A stretch of DNA of 64,000 nucleotides. Origin: Veleropilina oligotropha (Eukaryota). The DNA lies in NCBI GenBank assembly GCA_048128005.1, contig JBEUKZ010000138.1:62001-126000 (forward strand), in the 5' to 3' direction. The translations under genes were made by a program, and so were the position numbers. Under the pieces are notes generated by a model that saw nothing but the letters and a program-made list of their open reading frames with translations, did no database searches and had not been told where the DNA came from. Of this stretch, positions 1 through 14,100 are shown piece by piece (position 1 is the first letter of the stretch; each line of letters opens with the position of its first letter).

Positions 1-295
1 ATGACGTCATTGCCATTTGCTTGCAATACTAGACATCCGTTATATACAAATATGGATAAAAGTGCTCAATAAATGCATATTTTTGCAAAATTGTGTCGCG
101 AAAGTTATATACACGACCTACAAATACTCTTGGGAATGTGTGTACCAATTTTGGTGAAAATTGAGCTGGTAGTTTTCAAATAAATCGACGGATATATATA
201 TATATATATAAGTATATAAGTATATAAGTATTAAGTACACACGGACCATTTGATAATGTCTTGTCCTTTTACAAAAAGGTCAAGACATACAAATA
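1..295 (-). mobile_element. HINE/Helentron-associated non-autonomous element, truncated by window start
   Basis: Reverse complement of 59780-60070; (TA)n microsatellite and terminal hairpin atgtcttgtcctttt-ac-aaaaaggtcaagacat. Confidence 0.7.
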
Positions 296-1972
296 TAGTT
301 AGTAAATTAAATAATAAATAATATATTAAAAAAAATTAATAGTAAATTAAAAAATAATTATGGCACTTATGAGCCGCCGTACCTAACTTCTATTCTGTAA
401 ATGTGTTGCGCGATTCGCGTGCAGTGGCACAATTTATGAATTCGTAACTTGCGCTGCACGATTCGCGGATTTCGCAATCTGTGCAAGATCTTTCGATTAT
501 AACGGCGAATCTCGGAACTTCGCATTTCTAGTTTCAGAACCGCGCCAATCGAATCCGGGATAAATTATGCCGTTATCACACTCACTCCTGTAAATAACAA
601 TGTAGATGGACGACCGAGATAAGACATGGCATCAACGTGAACCACAGCTTGATCGTGCGATGGGTTACGTTGTGAAAACCCCAGCCGTCGGTAATCTCGA
701 TGATAAGAACGTGCACAATGCCATAGTAAATTTGTCATCTGTGAAAATGTAGGACAGTGACTGAGACTCGCCCAGAGTCAGCATGCTCAGTCACTTGTAC
801 TTGTAGAAAGATGTCATGATATACTACAGTAGTATGCGACTAATAACATAATTAACGCGTCTTGTTGGTAACAGGTTTGTGGATCGAGCATAAGTATTAC
901 TCTGATCATATGTGTGACATTTGATTGAGCGTGTGAATTGTTTTTCTCTCTGAAATAATGTAGGTTGCTATAACTTACTATAATTAGGGCTTAATTATTT
1001 ATTATCTATGTGCTAAGTCTTCATTGGATTTGACAACAACATAATTATGAAGCCTACGGAAACCTTTTTAACGTTGCATTAGTTTTGAATAATGATTGAT
1101 TTATCAAAGACAATGGGTACTAGCTGTGACCACTATGTATAGGGGTCCCAGGTAGGCCTACTAGTACGGAACTCTGTGTAGACCGAAAATAATTCAATGG
1201 GTGCTGAACAAATCTGTCATTGGATGATTCGACAATAAAATTCCATGCAGTTTGATTTTAAACAGTGTAGTGAAGTGGCAACCCCATCTTAATGTCTCTA
1301 GCCGATCAGACATGTCAGACGGGTGATGCAGACCTACCAACTCATGTCACATGTGCACACTCTCACGACAGAAAGAACTGAACTCACGCAACCATGCCCC
1401 GGACCCCTCGAGATTTTTCGGGCCCCCGATGTTCACAGCCTACGGACTTTCGCAAATCTCACTCGTTACTATTAATCTAGGTTGGAAGTTCTGGCACAGA
1501 TGCTGTGTGCAATGGATATACAGACGCATAGTGGACGAAGGTCTGTGGTCCGGAATTATACGTATAATGGCCACCCCATCATTACCGTACTTCGATAACT
1601 GTGATTTCTGGTAGTGTCTGCAAATACGGCACCATATGTTCATGAGCTAGAATTTGGGCATATATATATACAGTATATGTAGCGATCTGTGGTTGTTGCA
1701 AATGCCACTGTGGCAACTTATTTTGACTAATAAAACCCCTGTTGAAGTCTATTACGTTTTGATCCAAACATAATCTATTACCCATAGAATATTTAGTATA
1801 ATTATATAACATAGTAAACACCTTATTTTTCTGTAACGGTAGAAGTAAACTTACATTTGTACATATCATTTATTATTCATGAAATAAGCCCCAAATGTGC
1901 CAATAATAATAGACTTTAACCGTTAATACTTTCAGGTTCATCATTATATATGACTGTCTATAGCATGACATC

Positions 1973-2124
1973 ATGATCATCTCGGCGCTCATTTGTATGG
2001 TATGCCTTTACGGCCTTGCCCGGTTATTGCATCTAACAGACACTTCTGAAGCAACAACGATATTTTCCAACAACTCAACCTTTGTCCAAAATATATTGGA
2101 GCATTGTCCAATCTTCAAAGAAAG
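1973..2124 (+). CDS. ABHD2: ABHD2 coding exon 1 (MIISALICMVCLYGLARLL...EHCPIFKE)
   Basis: Acceptor ttcag at 1935, ATG 1973, donor gtatat 2125; hydrophobic N-terminus and CP motif. Confidence 0.8.
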
Positions 2125-5100
2125 GTATATGTGATCATAGTGATATGGATTCAGATACTTAATATAGAGAATCTAATTATGCATATATTTGCCATTTTCA
2201 TTTTCATTTTTAGGATGATCCATTGCGCATTGTACCCTGAAGGTATATTTTCTGTGGCAATGTTTCAACATACGATTCATTTTACACTATATCTTATGTA
2301 TAAATGGAGTATACTGTAAAAACAGAAAATAATGCGTGGTAGAAATTAATGCGAAAAATGTGACTATCTGTTGGACGTATTAATTTCAATACGCATTTTC
2401 GTTTCATGCAGAATGGTCAAAATATATGTTACATATTTTACAATATGTTTTATATGAGTCAATTAAGGACAGACTCCTAATGAAGCATTGAGCAATTTGT
2501 TAAGCATTAGTAATTAAGCTATTTGTAAAGCACAGTTCAATCAGTCCTGTCATACAAAAAATCATATAAGGTTTATATCACGTCGGCCTGGTTTATAAAT
2601 AAAAACACTAGCTCATGAGCTATTTGACCGACCTAAAAGCAATAGTATATCATTTGCCACTTGTATGAATTAGTCTTCAACGATAATTGCATCGATAATA
2701 CCTGCTTTCTTTGGGTTGTTTTTAATTTCATTATGTTTTCTTTTGATGACATCGAACGAGATTAACCTCTTGCTATTTTTTCCTTACACATTGTATTGCT
2801 GCTGCATTTGACTCGAGATTGTCATATGCGGAGTTTGATAGCAAATGTCTAGTATTAAATGTAAATGTCTGTATGTGTTGCTGTTGATATTTAATTACCA
2901 TGACCATGTAATCTTGATTGCCAAGCTAATCGACAAAGTACGTACTTAATTTAATATATCCTTTATTGCAGACAGGCGTTTTGGTGATGTAATCTAAGTA
3001 TTTATTTATTGACATGCTGCAAAATTCGACTTTTCCCCAAATTGACGATTCACATTAATTTCAACACACATTTTCGTTTGTATCTGGACCTCGCATTATT
3101 TTCAATACGCATTCATTTCTGTTTCTACAGTATATACAATACTTTGTCCAGTATTTATGGCCGTTCCGACAGTCGTGTCGTTTCGGTTACAGACTCCAAA
3201 ATTCACTGGCTTGATTCCGCTAACACGAACAGTAGTGGGTTCGAGTCTCAGTTGGGACATGACATTATTGATTCAAGGTATGAATCACAGTTATTCGTGT
3301 CTGGTCAGAGAAGGTGAGTTTCTCCGGGCGACCGGGCTCTCCTCCCGCGATAATATGGTTATGTCCTGCTTTGAACCAAATGATGGTTGGAAATATACAG
3401 GACATTAAGCATCGATCCTTTCCATTCTTTTTCTTATCCATTCATGATTGTTTCTTCTGTGTGCATTCTCACCAGATGGTTGAGTGCTGCCTTAATTGCA
3501 TGAGTTAATTGGTATTGAGTCATCATCGGAGTCTTTGAAAGGTGCCAATAATGGAGTGGGACATGTGAGTTTGACACCTGGTAATTCAGGTTTTCCTTTC
3601 CTGATTTATGGACATCACCGTCACGTCTCCGAGGCCAAGTAGTGCTAGTGGGTGACATATTCACTAATACTGGGACTCATGGTGTTGATGAAACATCAGA
3701 TTTATCTGTCATGGTAGTTTATAAAAATGCTTGAAGCGAAATTGAATAAGATCCACAGATTAATCTGACCTCTCTAGTCTCTTTTCATGACCCCTCTCCC
3801 AATATAAACCATGTTAAAATGAGAGCACACATTGATCCATGTCATATCAAACTCATCTAAAATCTTGGGCATTATATCGAATAATTTATTTTTTCTACAT
3901 TTCATTATATAAATTCTCTGTTTCTTGTCAGCTACATACCTACATTCCTCTGGGGCAAGAACGGTCACATTCAGACAGTTGTCTATGGAAAGCTGGGCAG
4001 AGTTAAGTCCCCTTATCCCAAGGGGCAGCGTCAGCAACACGTCATGCCCGATGGAGCCACGTTGACGTACGACGTCTTTGAGCCGTATGTGACGCATTTC
4101 TCTGGAAGTAAGTTTGCCTGTAATATGCCTGGTAGGACCCATTCTAATCACATCATAAATGCATAAATTCTATTACTATTACCAAAAATTTTATTACTGT
4201 AGATGATAAGATCCAGTCATTATATTTTTATGTCACAGAAAGTAATATCTCAAAGGTTTATAGTCTGAACATTCCAGTAAATTTATCATAAGAATAGTAA
4301 TGCATTTATATTGCATGATGTTCTCATTTTTAGGTGATATAACGATGTTGGTCTGCCCCGGCTTGGCTAACAGCAGCGAGAGCACATATATCTGCACCTT
4401 TGTTGACTATGCGCAGCGCCATGGTTACAGGGTGGTGGTTCTAAATCATCTGGGTTCTCTCAGGAGCATCAAGCTAACAGCACCCAGGATGTTTACGTAT
4501 GGTAAGATATCTTAATTAAAGCATACACAGGAAGGCTGCCTCCATGGCACAGTGGTAACTAAGAACGCAGCTATCAAACCTGTTTCTCAAGTACGATGCA
4601 TTAACAGTATTATAGTTATCACTCTTTGCATTACACAGAGCGATCGATTGAGAGAGAGAGATTATGTTTGAAGTGTTAGATGGGTTCAGCTTACAGTTGA
4701 ATACAGTAGTCCACAACTTGTGACAGCAGTAGTCCATAGTTAATGATGGAGAGTAGGTATGACTATAGGTTTTTCACTGTCCTTGCACAAGAGTCCATAA
4801 CCGGTAATGGGAAATGGTTTTCACCTGATATTCCAGGATTTCGTCCAATAATATTAATAATAATAATAAAACTTTATTTATAGAGGGAGTACAGTTAACA
4901 AATTAATGCTAATCTTCCCTGAGTCCCTCTCATATAAAGACAGAAACAAACTTCAGAGTACATATTGATTACAAACATTTTCATTCATAATGGCTATCAA
5001 TAAAGTATACAGACAAATATAATTACAAAAAATCATTTTGAAATACAGTAAATTATTTACACAGATGTTTCAAGATAAGTGACATCTCAAAAGCTTTTTA

Positions 5101-8100
5101 AATTTATATTCAGAATCTGCAGCCTTTATATTTTGAGGCAGGTTATTCCAAAGTGTTGCACCAGAATATATGAAAGTTCTCTTTAATGAATCAGTTTTAG
5201 GCTTTGGCAATGAAAGAATTTTTGCAGAAACAGATCGTAGACTCTTTTCGGAGTTATAATGGGTAATGTGAAATTTATTACTGATATATTCTGGAGTTGT
5301 TTTTTGCATAGCTTTATACACATTTATCATCTGACTCCATTTATCATCTGACTCCAATGGTAATGTGGATTGTTGCAATGTGCCACCACCAATATGATAA
5401 ATCTAATGGATTAGTTCTTAGTCCAAGGTCGATCCATCTAACGAAATCCATTCTTGACTTTTTGTTTAATTCTGTTGAAAGACAAACAAACAAATCACAT
5501 ACTGGTACCGATGTATGAAAACAACCTCCTTGGTGGATGTAATAAGCGCACTTTTTAACCCCAGCTTAAAAAAAAGCTGGGGTTATTGTCATCGCCCGAG
5601 GCGGGCGGGCGGACGGGCGGCTCATGTTGTCCGGCCTATATCTCGGCTACCAAACATGTTACCTTGATTTCATATGGTATGCTAACTACCCTTATCATAC
5701 GCTAGTGCATGGCGGCGAAATTTCACGTGAATGACCTTTGACCTTGCGGCAATGACCTTTGACCCTTAAATTTTGTCCGGGCCGGTTCTCGGAGACCAAA
5801 CATGTTAGCCTTCTAATTTTTTTTTAGATGTGTTCCCTATACTTAAAACCTGTGCATGGCAGTAAAATTTTGATCATTTGACCTCTGCGTAGTGACCTTC
5901 ACAAATTTTCTATATTTAGATTTTTTTTATTTTTCGTAATTGTTTTATTTTTCGGGGCCAAACTATTCCTTTAGGGTTAGTACATCATATAACAAATACG
6001 AAAAATGGCCTTTGGTCAAAGGTCAAGGTCACAGAGGTCAAAATATACTCACAATTTTCAATGTTGTCCGGCCTATTTTTCGGCTACCAAACATGTTACC
6101 TTGATTTCATGTGGTATGCTAACTACCCTTGTCATACGCTAGTGCATGGTGGCGAAATTTCACGTGAATGACCTTTGACATTGCGGCAATGACCTTAAAT
6201 TTTGTCCAGGCCGGTAATGGCATTTTTTCATCCGAACTTCTTCATGATGGACAGTTTGCACAGTGTTTAGCCAAGGGCTACTGGCAAGGTCAAGATCACA
6301 GATTGTATATGGCAGTCTGATTGCTATATAAGGCTGGGGTTCCTGATAGCCGGGCGGCTGTCTATTTTTGTCAATGTCACATCAAAAAATTACTTTCATA
6401 TGAATATGCATTTAGTAAATCTTACTGTAGTATTGCATATATTACTTTGCATGAAATAAATTTGTACTATCGATAATAAAATTTGGTTATGGTAGTTAAG
6501 ACTGCATTGCTATTATTCATTGATATTGCAGCTTTAGTTAGTAAATAATATTTACCAGAGGTAACGATTTCCAGGTGATACAGAAGAGTTCCAGCAGATG
6601 ACTGAGGATGTTCAGACCGCGCATCCCGATACTCAGCTGATTGCTGTGGGGTTCAGCATGGGGGCCAACATCATCATCAAATACCTGGGAGAGAACAAGG
6701 ACCACCAGGCGAAGTTTCTGTGTGGCGTGTCCGTCTGCCAGGGATATGATGTGAACTCGTAAGCTGATAGTCCCTCCCATTCACGCCAATGTTAAATTAT
6801 AGTATCCATAGATCAGAGATACTATGATTTTGTGTCCGTTTTGTCATGACCACAGAGATTACTTGTGTGTGCTCTACAGTCAACAGTTAAAAATCTGATA
6901 TGCTTCAAATTTGATATGTACATCAGTGATCATGAGGTCACAACAAAGAACTATTTTGTTCATTTTTGCTTTCAACATGGCAGCCATGGGCTCGATTATT
7001 TTGTGAGTAGGATTTTTTACCTTTGCCCATTGCAGCTGGTTGTACCGTAATTAAATAGATGTTAACTTAGTAGATTTAATAACAATAGGAACTGGAAGTT
7101 TTTATTGGAACATTATTTCGACATAATTTTTCGATTCTTTTTACATGGAAAGTAAAGGATTGATGTCGTGTATATGTAGTTACAAACTTACTTACGTCCT
7201 TACTCTTGCCATAATAGTCATATTATCGCCAACCGGAAACAGTGAATAAAGTCACATTTAGGCACTTATTAAGTCAAAACGTACCACGATCACCTCCCCT
7301 GCTCCCGCTCTCTAAGTTCCCCCGGCGAGATCTCGCCAAGTCTCGCGAGATATCCGAGCTCGAGATCACAAGACCTCAATTCAAAGTTTTCCGCCGAGAC
7401 GGAAAGACGTGTTTTTGCTCCGCAAATATTTCGAATTGTCTACGATTTATATGTTTAAATCGAGGACGCTATATAACTTATATACATGAAAATAATATAA
7501 GTTGGGGAATTACACTGTGTTGTGGATAATAAACACAAGTGAATAAGGAAGATTGTGATTCTAAAGCTTCGAGAAGTTCTGAAAATCTGTGAAACCGACA
7601 TCGCCGCTGTTGCAGGGAAAAGCATGGCCGCTCAGAGGGGAAGTTTCGTGTAATAGAAGAAATTTCTGGTCGGTATTTTATCTGATATTGTTTGAGACTG
7701 CAAACAGGTAACTCATTATATTGGATAATTCCTTAACGACGCTATTGCTGGTTATTATTGTATAAAAATTCTAGCGTCGTTAATAGGCAGGATCGTTTTG
7801 ATATCACGCTTGCGTTTTTCTGATATCCTGCCGTTTCTGGGATAATACGCCATTGTACTACGGTAACATAAAAACATCCACGAGGTTTTCAGGTGTTTTT
7901 CGGGGCAGTTTTTTCTAAGAGAAAACCCCCGTTTGTTCTAGTCAATTTGCCGGGTTTTTTACCGGGTCGTGTCTGGTAATTACCCGGCCTCGGTGTTCCC
8001 AGTTCGGGGTTTTTTGGCGGTATATCGCCTGATCTTTGATCTTCAGATCAGGGCAATTTTGAGTGTTGTTGTAGTAAAAGTCACAACTACCATATATATA

Positions 8101-11100
8101 CCTATTTACCTACCCCGTCTACCCACTACCACCCTCCCGTGTATTTAGCTATGGTCCGGTGCAGTAGCTCCGGGTGTAACCAGAAAATTCACGGGTTTGA
8201 TAAGCACACGGAATGCCGTATTCACCGTACTTGTAGTCTTAAACTTCAATGTGATCTGTGCCTTCTTTTATCAGACAAGCAGTGGGCGGTTCTATCCCAC
8301 CAGGGTAAGTCGACCAGGGCGACTGCCACGGTGGGTCCTCCCCCGGAGAAGGGTCAGGAAGAGACTGGTAAGTTAACGAGTTCCCTTAGGGGTTCCGTAA
8401 GGGATAACGTTTCTTCTTTGTCTACTTCAGGGACGCTGGACGACAGCCGACATAAGGGGCCGCCTGTCGCCGGATCCACCGGCGAAACCTCCGCGACACT
8501 TGGGGGAGTCACCGAAACCTTGCCGGGACCCCAGATTCAGGTAACGGCCCGAGTGCCGACCGTTCCTCCTCAACCGGGCCTAGTAGCTGCAGCCAACCAT
8601 ACCTTGCCGGCTAGCAAGGTATATCTGGCAGCGCAGAGAACAGCTGAACAGGGCAGACATTCCCCATCCTTTTCTTCCACCTCGAAGAATAAGGGGACAG
8701 TTAGTCCTTCTGCGGGAAACTCTCCGTTTAACGACGGGGGGCGACCCAATGAGAAAGCCTTTAAAGAGGCCGGGCACCTTTTCGAAGGTCTAAGATCCGG
8801 ACAATCGGCGACACCTGAATCCTCGATCGAGACCGACGCGACTGCCCCTAAGGGTTTTCCGCTCAACCTCGAAGCTCACGAGACATTCAGAGGGCCCGTT
8901 CTTTCCCGTGCACCCACGATGGTCACGCTAGAGAAGTTGGACAGACCGGCTGCGTTCGGGACGGGGTTCTACGGCGGTTTTCCGACCGTGCCTCGCTCGA
9001 ACAGAGTGGTAGACCGATCTGAACTGTTGCCGCAGTTCTATCGGTCGTCCGGCCCACTGACTGCGCCTTCGGGCCAGCCCTTCGGGTTCGACCACTCGAC
9101 AAGTGCCCTAGGACCCTGGTCCTCGGCCCCACCTGTCTATGCAGCCCGTCTACCTAGCGCCACGGTTTCCTCGACTGAACTACCGGCTGTTAGTTCGACG
9201 CCCGTCCTGCCTCAGGGTTTCTCTTTGGAGAACGTCCAGGCATGGATCGCGGCGGGGATCGAGGAACGGTGTAAGGCCTGGCCGACGGCTCCCCAGCCGC
9301 GCCTGGTACCTACACATCTGCCCATGGCGCAGAGCACGGCTCCTGCCTCCGTGATGGAGATCGACCCTCGTTCCGACGAGGACCTCGGTTCCCTTCACTC
9401 CGACCTCCCTGAATCGGTCGGGCCCGAAGACGTTAGTCTTTCAGGCACGCAGGAGCCGACCTCCTCCACCCGCCGAAGGCTCGACGCCGTTGCGTCACTT
9501 CGCGGGGTGCTTGGCTTGCCGGAACCGACTCGGTCGGCCGTAGGCGTAGTCAAGCACAGGACGGCAGCACATCGGTTTGTTGAGAGGGAAGCCCCCGAGC
9601 TCCCCTCCTTACCTCAGTCTGGGCTGGTTGATCTTGTCGTTGACTCGACAACCAAGCTCATTCAGGGGCGCAATCCGGTGGAGTCCTCCCCGCTGACCGA
9701 GTTCCCTTCGGGGTTCCGTAGTGGGAGGTACCTCCGGGCCAGTTCGCGAGCGATCCCGTTCGCCTGTACTGGTCCGTGCCTGGCGACTGAGCCGGCTCAT
9801 GTAGACGCTTCGTTGCGTCGACTGACCGCCAGTCACACTCCCTCCGTGGCGAAAGTTCCTTGGTCCGCCTTGGAAGCTTTCGAGAGCGCCGCCCGACGGG
9901 CTCTACGGCTATCGTCTGTTCACGATTTTTTCTTGGACGGCGCGATAGCCGTACTACAGGATGATGGACCCGGCGCCTGTGAGGCTGCCCTGTCCTTCCT
10001 CCAGGAGGTTGCTGCCGCACAGGAGACCAGCGCGTTGGAGACGGGACGTGTCCTGGGCAATGCACTCCTACTTCGTAGGGATGCTTGCCTGGAAGGCACC
10101 TCGCTAGACGAGGCCACCCGACGCTCGTTGCGATGCGTGCCTTGCTCGGCCACCACTCTCTTTGGTGACAACTTTTCGGAGTTCGTTGACAAGAGAGCGG
10201 CGGACATGAAGGACCGTGTTATCGAGAAGGCGGTACTGCACCCCGTTCGGGGTCCACCTGCCGACTCGAGGAAGCGCTCAGGGCCCACCCGGGCCCCGAA
10301 GCCTTCTAAGCGTGCAAAGCCCTCTTCGGGTGGTAGGCCTCCGGCCAATAAACCCACTCCAAAGAGGCAAGCACCTCCAGCGAAATCCCGTAAGCAGAGC
10401 GGGAGAGGGAAGCCTCGGCCCTAGGGCTGCCGGCATTCGCGACGGTCCCAGCTGCCCGCTTCCGCCGGTGGGAGCGTGTCTGTTAGCATACAGCCAGTCG
10501 TGGCTAGAGCTAACAGACAGCAGCTGGGTCCACTTAGTCGTGAGTGCCGGATACAAGTTGGCATTCAACCGGCATCCGACCTTAACCGAGGCACCACCAC
10601 CAAGACACGCTCGCCTCCTAAACGGAGAGAAACAAGCGGTCTTAGACCAGGCAGTGCGGGATTTGCTCCTCAAAGGAGCGATATATCCCGCGCCGCCCAG
10701 CACACCAGGATTTTACAGCCATTTCTTCCTGGTCCCGAAACCCGATGGCCGCTGGCGACCGATCCTCGATCTCTCGTATCTCAACCGATATCTTCGTACC
10801 GAGAAATTCCAGCAAGAAACCCTCTCGAAGATTCGAGCGGCCATCCGTCCGGGCGACTGGGCAGCGTCTATCGATCTGACCGACGCGTATCTGCATGTCC
10901 CGATGCATGTCACGGCTCATCAGTACCTTCGGTTTATACACGGGGAGACGATCTATCAATTCAGGTGCCTACCGTTCGGTCTATCGTCAGCCCCTTACGT
11001 CTTCACGAGAACAGTACAGGCCCTAGGGGCCTTCCTACACTCTCTAGGGCACAGGGTACATATGTACCTCGACGACTGGCTGATCCTCGGGGCGTCCCGG

Positions 11101-14100
11101 GATCTGTGCCTCCGGTCTACGAGCTTTACCCTGTCATCGACGAAGCGCCTGGGATTTCAGATCAACGAGACAAAATCCTGCTTCGTGCCCTCGACGACGT
11201 TTACGTTCCTCGGAGTCGACTTCGATACGGTCCGGTACACCGCGAAGCCGACCCAGAAGCGTATGCGGAACCTACGCGCGGTTATCCAAGACACCCTGTC
11301 ATCGGACATAACTACGGCGTGACAACTGGCCACTGTCCTGGGGCACATCGAGTCGGTAGCGACCCTGCTACCGACGGGTCGCATGGACAAACGACCGTTA
11401 CAACAGGCGTTCAGGGATCGCTGGATACAACGGACGGGGCAGTGGACGGATCGCATCGATCTACGGCATTGGTTTACCAGCACAACAGCAGTGTGGTTGA
11501 ACCCTGCTTTGCCGGACCAGTCGGTTCCTATATCCCCGCCAGAGCCGAACGCTTACCTGTTCACAGACGCTTCGAACGACGGCTGGGGTGGTCACCTCGA
11601 CAGTTACGAGACATCAGGCCTATGGCCGACGGACCTTCAGGGACGACATATCAACTTCCTAGAGCTAGAAGCCGTCTACCTGTCAGTACGGTCCCTCTCG
11701 TCACATCTCCGCAACAAGCACATAATGCTCGCCACGGACAACACGACTGTCGTCGCTTACATCCAGCACCAGGGCGGCACTCGCTCGCGTCCCCTTTGCG
11801 ACCGAGCAATAGACCTACACCGCCTAGTGATGTCCCTCAACTCGACGATTCGAGCCCGACACATCCCGGGAAAGCTGAATGTCAGAGCGGATTCGCTCTC
11901 TCGGAAATCACAGATAATACACACAGAGTGGACGCTACACAGCCGAGTAGCTCGGGACGTTTGCCGCCGGTGGTCGCAACCCCAAGTCGATCTGTTTGCA
12001 ACATAATTCAATTACCGACTACCTCTGTATGTCTCCCCGTACCCGGACCCGGCCGCCCTAGCGGTCGACGCACTGTCAATGACATGGGAGAATCTGTCCG
12101 CGTATGCCTTCCACCCGTCGTGCATTCTGACACTGGTATTACAGAAGGCATCGAACGAACGTTGCAAGATAATGCTAATCGCGCCCCTGTATCGCACGCA
12201 ACCTTGGTTTCCGACCCTCCTCGATCTGATCGTCGATCGACCGTTAGCGCTCCCGCAGAGACCGGACCTGTTAATGCAGACGCGCACCCGTGTACTACAT
12301 CCATCGCCGAACGACTTACGTTTACACGCCTGGCGGTTATCGAACGATCCCTTGCTAAGAAAGGATTTTCTCACGCAACAGCCCTACGCATTTACCGATC
12401 GAGAAGGCTTTCCACGACAAAAGTTTATGACTACCGATGGGTCAAGTACGTGGATTGGTGTCACAGCCGGCAGGTCAATATTCTCCGTCCCCCTGTGAAC
12501 AAGTTTATCGAGTTTTTATCGTCGCTCTTTGACCGCGGTATGTCAGTGTCCGCCGTTAAAGGCTATCGGGCAACGATCGCGACCACGTTAAAACAGTGTC
12601 GTGCCCATGTTGGCCTATCTAGCGACCGAACGATATCGGATTTTATACGATCCTACGAGCTCGAAATGCCGACCCGAACCATACGGCCACCTGCCTGGAA
12701 TATCGTTCTAATTCTTAACGCTCTTCACTTACCCCCGTACGAGCCGATGTCCACGGTGTCTATGAGGAACTTGACGCACAAAACGGTTTTTCTGATCGCC
12801 TTAGCGTCGGGCAGGCGTTGTTCCGAGATTCATAGCTTATCCGCCGAGCTACGAGATATTCGATTCCAGTCAGACGGGTCGGTGATGCTGCGTCCTATTC
12901 TGGGCTTTCTCGCCAAGAACCAACGGCCGAACGAGGACGCACCTGATATTATTATCCCTAAGCTTACGCTGGTCGGAAGGCATGATGAGGACCGGTTAAA
13001 TTGCCCCGTACGGGCCCTGCGCTTCTACCTCGACAGGACCCGTGATCTGCGGCAGGGAAAATTACGTTTATTCATTTCGTATTTACCTTCCTTCACCCAT
13101 GACATTACAAAGCCGACTGTTTCGCGGTGGATTTCACAGGTGGTGAGAGATGTATACTCTCGCTGTGAAGAAGTAGACCGCACTATTTTATCCGTGCGCG
13201 CGCACGAGGTCCGTGCAATTGCGGCTTCAATTGCCTTCCGACATAATTTAAATATCACAGCGTTGCTTCAAGCAGGTTACTGGAAGAATGCAAATGTCTT
13301 TGTTAAGCATTATCTGCGGGACTATTCAACCGGGGCTGACGGTTTGAGCACTCTACAGTGTGTGGCTGCTCAACGTTGTATTGTTAGACCGAGGTCGTCT
13401 AATCAGTGAGTATAATTGTTTCTTGATTGATCAATTTACATAATTCATGCTGACCCATTGTTATTTGTTGGCCTAGCTGTTCTATGAAATAGACACATAT
13501 GAGGCGATTCAATGTCTGTTCATTTCTTAAAAACATTTTAAGATTTTGTACTTCATGTCATACCTGAGTATATTGACAAGCCAGATTACATTGAATTAAT
13601 AAACAATTATATTGCGTAAATCTTATAGGATTTTTGAGGTTCAATATTATTGATGTTCTATGCTGTTATCGAACATACGATGTTCAATACATTGAAAAAA
13701 TTTTAATATTTGCTTCCTTAAAATTTATTTTAAGTAACATGTCTTACATGTTAGCGTTTCGCAAGTTGGTCATGCGAATCAATTATTAATATCGATTATT
13801 TATTTAATCTATTAATTCTTTGCTTTTGATTTCACGCTTTCACAACCTATTAGGTTCCGTGTGCTTACAAATCCGACTGCATCCTCTGGCTACCGGCCTT
13901 TGGCCAGGAGTACCATTTGGCTGCCACTGGCCCCTGACACGTAAGACCTACAGGGATTCATCCTTCCGGCCGTGCCTGGGGCTGATTGCACTTCCGTTCA
14001 CCTCGTCCGACTAACACCACGGCGTATTCTCCCGGTAACACTGGTCGAAATTCTCGCTTGGTAAGAGTTGAATATAATTCTCAGTAAATTCCACTCTGGG

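Noticed and set aside
1140..1870. Moderately GC-rich stretch with short ORFs upstream of ABHD2
   Set aside because: No recognisable protein motif or termini in any frame I could read; left unannotated
8570..13258. Minus-strand ORFs within the DIRS element
   Set aside because: Expected shadows of GC-rich coding sequence; no recognisable motifs
12330..13409. Phage integrase / prophage or bacterial contamination
   Set aside because: The YR is embedded with RT, RNase H, ITRs and ICR inside a spliceosomal intron, which is DIRS architecture
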